From positions 379-64,378 of the forward strand of contig JAQVBZ010000005.1 of NCBI GenBank assembly GCA_028690055.1: DNA of 64,000 nucleotides. Direction: 5' to 3'. Below the pieces are notes generated by a model, which saw only the letters and a list, made by a program, of their open reading frames with translations, did not search any database and was not told where the DNA came from. Made by a program: the position numbers and the translations under genes. The DNA comes from Minisyncoccota bacterium (GTDB taxonomy: Bacteria; Patescibacteriota; Minisyncoccia; JAHIHE01; JAGLIN01). Below are positions 58,570 through 64,000 of this stretch, piece by piece; position 1 is the first letter of the stretch; the number at the start of each line of letters is the position of its first letter.

Positions 58570-59853
58570 ATGCTTCCATTAGAAACTAAGCTGAAATACT
58601 GCTTATATGCTAGAAAAAGCACTGAATCAGATGAGCGACAAGCCTTATCAATTGATTCTCAAGTTAAAGAAATGCTTCAAATAGCCGAACGAGAAAACTT
58701 AGAAATCGTTGATATCAGGAGAGAATCAAAATCAGCCAAAGACTCAGGTAACCGTCCTATCTTCAAAGAGTTAATCAAAGATATAACGGAAGAAAAGTTC
58801 AACGCTATCATTACCTGGGCTCCCGATAGACTTTCTAGAAACGCTGGCGATTTAGGATCGCTAGTTGATTTAATGGATGAGAAAAAATTAATGAGCATTC
58901 GTACTTTTGGCCAAACTTTTAGTAATTCTCCAAATGAAAAGTTTCTGCTCATGATTTTATGTTCTCAGGCCAAACTAGAAAATGATAATCGAGGGATAAA
59001 CGTAAAAAGAGGTTTAAGGGCAAGATGCGAGATGGGCTTATGGCCGACCTGTCCGCCAACGGGATACTTTAAAGAAAAGCGAGTTGATCATAAAGGACAA
59101 TGCTTAGTTGATCCTGATAGAGGTCCGGTAATAAAGCAAATGTTTGAGAAGGTTGCTTATGAGAAATGGTCCGGCCGAAAGCTTTATAACTGGCTTAGAT
59201 TCGATTTAAACTTTAGGACAGCTTTAGGTAAAAAACACTTAAGTCTCGGTAATATTTATCGACTTCTAGAAAATACCTTCTATTATGGCCCTTTTGAATA
59301 TCCTCGTGGTAGTGGTAACTGGTATCAGGGAAAACATGAACCGATAATCACCAAAGAAGTATTCGATTTAGTCCAAGAACAGATGAAGAATTCCCAACTA
59401 GTCAGACGAGAGAATATTGAGTTTGCCTTTACTAAAGTAATGAAGTGCGGTTTATGCGGTTCGGGAATTTCAGCCACGGAAAAATTTAAGAAGTTAAAAG
59501 ATGGCGGCTATAATCGCCATGTCTACTACGGATGTACCAAAGCAAAAGACAATAATTGTAAATCAGGCTATATTAGCGAAGAAGACCTGATTAAACAATT
59601 ACAAAAACAAATCGATAAATTGGATTTTAAAAAAGTTTCTATTCAAGATAAAATTCAGGGAGAAATCAAAAGATTCAAAAAGTTTCAAATCATGGCAACT
59701 GGCAAAAATGACAATATCGACGTAAGCGACGTCGATATTAAAAATTACATCAAATTCTTGTTAAAAGAAGGAGACGATCAAGAGAAACGAGAACTACTCA
59801 CATGCTTAAATGGGGAGATATTGTTGAAGAATAAGGTGATTGTGATTAAATAA
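58570..59853 (+). CDS. Large serine recombinase (phage-type integrase)
   Basis: 427 aa. Resolvase catalytic domain with YARKSTESDERQ (nucleophile Ser), recombinase domain, zinc-ribbon CGLCGSG...YYGCTK. Confidence 0.85.
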   Translation: MLPLETKLKYCLYARKSTESDERQALSIDSQVKEMLQIAERENLEIVDIRRESKSAKDSGNRPIFKELIKDITEEKFNAIITWAPDRLSRNAGDLGSLVDLMDEKKLMSIRTFGQTFSNSPNEKFLLMILCSQAKLENDNRGINVKRGLRARCEMGLWPTCPPTGYFKEKRVDHKGQCLVDPDRGPVIKQMFEKVAYEKWSGRKLYNWLRFDLNFRTALGKKHLSLGNIYRLLENTFYYGPFEYPRGSGNWYQGKHEPIITKEVFDLVQEQMKNSQLVRRENIEFAFTKVMKCGLCGSGISATEKFKKLKDGGYNRHVYYGCTKAKDNNCKSGYISEEDLIKQLQKQIDKLDFKKVSIQDKIQGEIKRFKKFQIMATGKNDNIDVSDVDIKNYIKFLLKEGDDQEKRELLTCLNGEILLKNKVIVIK

Positions 59854-59881
59854 CTTCAAAAATTAATTAAAAAAATAGCAC

Positions 59882-60619
59882 CTATTTAATCACATTCCAA
59901 TTATCGAGAAAATATCCCATTTCGTGATCCATATTACCGAGATAAATCTTCTCATCTCTAAATTTGATATTTACGCGGTAGCGTTTGCCGTGCCCGACTT
60001 CCAAAATTGCTTTTTCGTGGACTTTCTTCTCAACTTCGTGAAATGGCAAAATTAGAAAGTGATTTTTCTTTTCTCCGTGCAGGACGAAAATATAAAAAAC
60101 ATTGCCGTTACTATGTCGCTCAAAAGAAACTTTGCGGATATCAAAAACATAGGTATTAAATCGATTAATATTTGAAGTTTTAACCTGTATGCCAAATAAC
60201 TGATTATCTCTGACAGCCACAATGTCTATTCCGACATCTACGCTCATTATGCTGGCATTGAAACCACGAAAAAGGAGTTCCGAGCAAACAAGATGTTCAC
60301 CGCCTTTGCCGGTAAATCCACCTTCAATTACAATCTTTTCCTCCTCAGCCTTTTCCACCTCTCGGATTCTTGGTGTTTCTCTGATTTCTTTTTTGTTTGG
60401 GTTAAGGGCATAAGTTCCGGGGGCAATTCTTACAAAATCTGATCCTTCGCCTTTGGTTTTGATATCCACCACAATCTGCGCCTTCATAGTCGCTTCCGGC
60501 GTTGCGCCTTCGGTTTCCAGAAGGCCGGACTCCAAGGCTAAACGAGTGATTTCGGTATAGTGCAGAGGCTTTTTAGTTTTTTGCAATATTTCAATAGCGG
60601 ATTGTTTGAAGGTGTTCAT
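59882..60619 (-). CDS. HARE-HTH domain protein with C-terminal restriction-endonuclease-like (PD-(D/E)xK, Mrr-cat-like) domain
   Basis: 245 aa. N-terminal SAIEILQKTKKPLHYTEITRLALESGLLETEGATPEATMKAQI (HARE-HTH pattern). C-terminal E (GGEHLV) ... VDVGIDIVAV ... GIQVKTS. Confidence 0.55.
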   Translation of the reverse strand: MNTFKQSAIEILQKTKKPLHYTEITRLALESGLLETEGATPEATMKAQIVVDIKTKGEGSDFVRIAPGTYALNPNKKEIRETPRIREVEKAEEEKIVIEGGFTGKGGEHLVCSELLFRGFNASIMSVDVGIDIVAVRDNQLFGIQVKTSNINRFNTYVFDIRKVSFERHSNGNVFYIFVLHGEKKNHFLILPFHEVEKKVHEKAILEVGHGKRYRVNIKFRDEKIYLGNMDHEMGYFLDNWNVIK

Positions 60620-60625
60620 ATTGTA

Positions 60626-61516
60626 TTAACTAACGATGTTGTGTTTTTTAAATATATCTAGAAAAGTTGGAGTTGCAAACCCGAAAGAATAGTTAGCATT
60701 TAAGGTTTCAATAAAAGCTTTCTCCTTGTAGACTTTCAATTGTTTTGCATTCTCTTCAGAAATCATATTCTCTCGTTCATTGATTCTTATTGACCTGAAT
60801 CCCTTGACGATAGAAATAACTTTTCCCGTTTTTACATCAAAAATTGGGCCACCGCTATTTCCCGGGTTAAATGCAAGTGTAAATTCATATAAATAATTTG
60901 TTGTAGAAGTCTGGTATCGACAATTAACAACGCCTCGATCTGTTCGAAGTAAAATATTGCCGATCAGTGGCTTATTTATATCTCTTTCTTGAAATCCAAG
61001 TTCACAAAGTGGGTATCCGAGCACGCCAACCTCAGAGCCGATTGGTAAAAATTCTTTCGATATTCTTATAAAATCATTTCTATCGGCGAATATTCGATCA
61101 TTAACTTGATAAAATTCATCATCCAAATAAATAACAGCGAGATCAATATCAGGATAGATAAATATTTCTTTATCTAATTTTGGTTCAAAAATTCTACAGT
61201 GCCAATTATTATCATCATCGTGCCTCAAAAGATAATATTTATCGCCGTTTTGATGTTGGGCTAGTTCATCCTTCTCCGGATCATTTATAACATGTGCAGC
61301 CGTAACATATCGGTTTGGAGCAGCGATAAAGCCTGAACCCAAAGTAATCCAATTGATACTTTCTTGTTTGTCGATCTTAATTTTTCTGCCACGAACAATA
61401 ATATAAACAGATTTTTTTAACCATTTAACACATTCGGGAAACGAGTGAAAATTTTCCGGTCTTTTTGGAAGTTTTGGCCCTTGATATTTTTTATCTCTTT
61501 TATTCTTTTTAGGCAT
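60626..61516 (-). CDS. Trypsin-like (S1 family) serine peptidase
   Basis: 296 aa. His motif VTAAHVI, Asp in IDLAVIYLDDE, Ser motif GNSGGPIFD. Confidence 0.7.
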   Translation of the reverse strand: MPKKNKRDKKYQGPKLPKRPENFHSFPECVKWLKKSVYIIVRGRKIKIDKQESINWITLGSGFIAAPNRYVTAAHVINDPEKDELAQHQNGDKYYLLRHDDDNNWHCRIFEPKLDKEIFIYPDIDLAVIYLDDEFYQVNDRIFADRNDFIRISKEFLPIGSEVGVLGYPLCELGFQERDINKPLIGNILLRTDRGVVNCRYQTSTTNYLYEFTLAFNPGNSGGPIFDVKTGKVISIVKGFRSIRINERENMISEENAKQLKVYKEKAFIETLNANYSFGFATPTFLDIFKKHNIVS

Positions 61517-61536
61517 AAATCAAAATTTCTATAATA

Positions 61537-62073
61537 TTAAAATTGAAATGCTTTTTCTTTATATTGATTTATTTTTTCTGATAAACTATCAATCTCTTTA
61601 ATTTTTTGACGAATAGTTTTAGGCGTCATCGACACTTTCTTAAATTTCACAAATCCTTCATCTGTATCCACAACAATTTTCGCTCTAACATATCCATCTT
61701 TACTAAGCGATTGCCAATTTGCGTGAACAATACTATTCCTAAATGTATTTAACTCATTAAGTCGATTTCGTAGTTTATCCAAAATTGCTTTGTGTTTTTT
61801 GTTATTAAACGATTCTAAACGAACATACATCTTATAAAAAAGATCGATTTTATTGCTTGTCGTTAGTTTTTCAATAATTACGAATCCAGTTTCGTGGCTA
61901 TCATCATGCAAAAAATCTGCGATTGCGATGTTTAACTCTTGTTCTAAAATACTGAAACTAACTAGAAATTTTCCAATTAACAAGAAATATTTATCAGCTA
62001 CTTTTTCCAGATATTCTCCGTCTGAAAAATCATACTGTTCCATCTCATCATAAATTACTTGATTCGTATTCAT
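61537..62073 (-). CDS. HEPN-like (Abi_2/AbiD-AbiF-type) abortive-infection-like protein
   Basis: 178 aa. Conserved R-N-x-x-x-H (FRNSIVHANW) near the C-terminus of a helical domain, as in Abi_2 HEPN proteins. Confidence 0.45.
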   Translation of the reverse strand: MNTNQVIYDEMEQYDFSDGEYLEKVADKYFLLIGKFLVSFSILEQELNIAIADFLHDDSHETGFVIIEKLTTSNKIDLFYKMYVRLESFNNKKHKAILDKLRNRLNELNTFRNSIVHANWQSLSKDGYVRAKIVVDTDEGFVKFKKVSMTPKTIRQKIKEIDSLSEKINQYKEKAFQF

Positions 62074-62131
62074 AGTTCGCTGTTAGATGTTTTTGCTGAA
62101 ACAGAAGGAATAAATTCACGTTTTTAGCACA

Positions 62132-63295
62132 TTACCGATTTCCTTTTGCTCGATTGTGTGTCTTACACAACATCTCGCAGTTTTTAATATCACTCTTACC
62201 ACCCTTACTCCATGCCGAAACATGATCGGCGTCCATATCCGCAATACTCCAAATCTTGTCTTTGTTTGCATCGTGTCCAATCGCACAGTGAGAGCAGTTT
62301 GAAACACCCTTTTTCTTTGCGATAGCGGTTTGAGCTTCGTAAACTGAACGTTTAGTTGAATCCTCAAATACTCGTACTTCAAGAAGTTTTGTTTCAACTC
62401 CTCCACCTAAAACATACTCAAAAATGCCTTTTCGACTTTTTACGAAACCATCAGCATAGAGTTTTTTAACCAGGGCAGAGACGGTAGTTGGATTGAATTT
62501 TTTCTTGTGATAAGTTTCGTAAAGCCTGTTCCACTCCAAGCCTTTCATCTCACTTTCAACTTCAGTAAATGTACTTGAGACCCAATCAATAACAGTGTCG
62601 AAATGTTTTTTTAGTTCGGTAATATTTTTGTCATTGCGGTGCTTACTCATGTAACTATCGATACCACCACCAGAAACCCAATCTAAAGCCCGTTCCAAAT
62701 ATGCTTGGCGCTTTATATCACCTGCAATGTACGCGCCCCATTTAAGCACATTGGCATTTTGACTATTGCTAAATTCTTCGCGGCCACGAGTGACAAAAGG
62801 CCCAGAATATACTGCGTTAAGAATCTCTTGTTCGGTTAATGGTACGCCAGCGATGTTGATAGTCTTAAACCAATCCTTAATCTCAGGCTCGTCGCCTTTA
62901 CATATATACACCAACAATTTAGTGTTCATTATTTGCTCGCGCTGACTGGTGGCCATACCGCTGTAATACTGTTCGTGACCATTCTTGTCTTTAACAGCAA
63001 ACTTGCCTTTCACAAACCGACCAATGCTAGTGATACGTTGCTGTCCATCGAGCACTTCAAATTTATCATTGTCAACTTGGTTGAAATAAATTAAACCTAT
63101 TGGATAACCTTTCAAGATCGAGTCAATTACAGCAACATCACGTTTGCCGTCAGCGTAAATGTAATTACGCTGATACTCTGGTTGAATAGTCAGTTTACCA
63201 GAGAGGCCAAACAAACCCTTTCCTTCGAATTCGTTATATTCGAACCCGTCACAAACTTCTTTAATGGTGATATCATTCTTTAAGGTTGTTTTCAT
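62132..63295 (-). CDS. GmrSD-like DUF262 (ParB/NTPase-like, DGQQR) + DUF1524/HNH endonuclease protein (type IV restriction-like)
   Basis: 387 aa. N-terminal [10 protein letters not shown]...[11 protein letters not shown]-terminal HNH: HCAIGH...[32 protein letters not shown]. Confidence 0.8.
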   Translation of the reverse strand: MKTTLKNDITIKEVCDGFEYNEFEGKGLFGLSGKLTIQPEYQRNYIYADGKRDVAVIDSILKGYPIGLIYFNQVDNDKFEVLDGQQRITSIGRFVKGKFAVKDKNGHEQYYSGMATSQREQIMNTKLLVYICKGDEPEIKDWFKTINIAGVPLTEQEILNAVYSGPFVTRGREEFSNSQNANVLKWGAYIAGDIKRQAYLERALDWVSGGGIDSYMSKHRNDKNITELKKHFDTVIDWVSSTFTEVESEMKGLEWNRLYETYHKKKFNPTTVSALVKKLYADGFVKSRKGIFEYVLGGGVETKLLEVRVFEDSTKRSVYEAQTAIAKKKGVSNCSHCAIGHDANKDKIWSIADMDADHVSAWSKGGKSDIKNCEMLCKTHNRAKGNR

Positions 63296-63296
63296 A

Positions 63297-64000
63297 TTAT
63301 TTTTTCTTGTGCTTAATAAAAATTCGCTTGTAAGCCATTTTTGCTATGCCATCTTCATAAAAACCAGCAGTAGGATTGCCTTCTTTGTAAGCACCAGTGC
63401 CACCAGCTTTGTAATAGTCTTCTACAAATTGTTTTTTTAAACCAGGAGAGGTCTTATACTTATCATCTACGAGGCCGTTATCGCTTGTCCCTAAAATATC
63501 AAATTGTCCGGGTGAATATTTATCTAAAAAACTGATTGGTACGCCCATAACGCCGTTGTAGTCTTTCGGAATATTTTTTACTAAAGCAATTTCAATCGCA
63601 TCATAATTGTCATAGTGTACGAATGGCTTGTTTGTACTGAACTTTATAACATCGGCGTGAGTCATTAAGGGAATCGGTTGGTGTAGTCGTCCGTGATCAA
63701 GATTTGTAAACCAACGCACCCCTTGGACTCTTGTTATATAAGTCTTTTTACCTTTTTCGTCAGTCTTAATTTCACGCACTTGGTCTAAGTTTGCAACAGC
63801 TTCTGGAATCTCGTAGAACATTGCACCACCGTTAACTCTTGCATTGTTTCCGAGCCATACCTTATTCTCTTTGATCATTGGAAAAATTTCCTTATAGGTT
63901 ATTGCATTGAGATTACCAATGATTAGAAATTGCTTTTTATGCTCGAAAAGTTGCGTAATATATTCCCGAAATAAACTAAATGGAGGATTGGTGACTACGA
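63297..64000 (-). CDS. Adenine-specific DNA methyltransferase, C-terminal part (partial; N-terminus beyond window)
   Basis: The reading frame stays open upstream of the annotated Met to the window edge and encodes ...[47 protein letters not shown].... NPPF is motif IV of gamma-type/EcoRI-like N6A MTases. The stop lies 1 nt before the GmrSD-like gene start. Confidence 0.6.
   Translation of the reverse strand, partial: VVTNPPFSLFREYITQLFEHKKQFLIIGNLNAITYKEIFPMIKENKVWLGNNARVNGGAMFYEIPEAVANLDQVREIKTDEKGKKTYITRVQGVRWFTNLDHGRLHQPIPLMTHADVIKFSTNKPFVHYDNYDAIEIALVKNIPKDYNGVMGVPISFLDKYSPGQFDILGTSDNGLVDDKYKTSPGLKKQFVEDYYKAGGTGAYKEGNPTAGFYEDGIAKMAYKRIFIKHKKK

Larger units (their letters stand above)
48823..59853. 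mobile_element. Prophage remnant / phage-satellite-like integrative element (repressor ... ParB-MTase, TerS, TerL, nucleases, serine integrase; no capsid/tail genes seen)
   Basis: Gene content as listed above. Orientation switches at the LexA-like repressor. There is no portal, capsid or tail gene in the ~11 kb between repressor and integrase. Boundaries are approximate. Confidence 0.5.

Overview
This is a low-GC bacterial window whose gene content and small-genome style suggest Candidate Phyla Radiation/Patescibacteria; that assignment is inference, not shown by any search. Almost all genes in the left two thirds are on the minus strand.

The left ~43 kb is core-like. It holds ligA, a type IV pilus cluster (pilD, two pilins, pilT, a stand-alone response regulator, pilB, pilM), hsp20, valS, recG, nnrD, a NUDIX hydrolase, a tRNA-Arg, a CapA-like protein, a peroxiredoxin, and an Mrp/thioredoxin/DsbD-like redox cluster. 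Interrupting this are a 1299-aa secreted beta-helix protein with about ten tandem ~80-aa repeats and a lower-GC Type III R-M operon (C-protein, mod, res).

Four copies of a ~100-nt structured element with compensatory base changes sit in intergenic regions. Two copies of a ~110-120-bp MITE-like element with 8-bp terminal inverted repeats sit in two others.

The right third (~43.1-64 kb) is an AT-rich accessory region of mobile or defense character. It carries an SMC/Rad50-like ATPase with a CxxC zinc hook plus a partner protein (Lamassu-like candidate). Next to it is an overlapping TIR-like plus caspase-like (C14) gene pair. A prophage-remnant or satellite-like element follows, with a LexA/CI-like repressor, a ParB-DNA methyltransferase fusion, small and large terminase subunits, two PD-(D/E)xK nucleases (one Shedu-like candidate), a GC-rich structured sRNA candidate and a large serine recombinase, but no recognisable virion structural genes. 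The window ends with a defense island: a HARE-HTH nuclease, a trypsin-like protease, an Abi_2-like HEPN protein, a GmrSD-like DUF262-HNH protein and a partial NPPF-motif adenine methyltransferase running off the window edge.

No rRNA genes or CRISPR arrays were seen. All functional calls come from motif-level reading of the supplied translations; no database searches were run.
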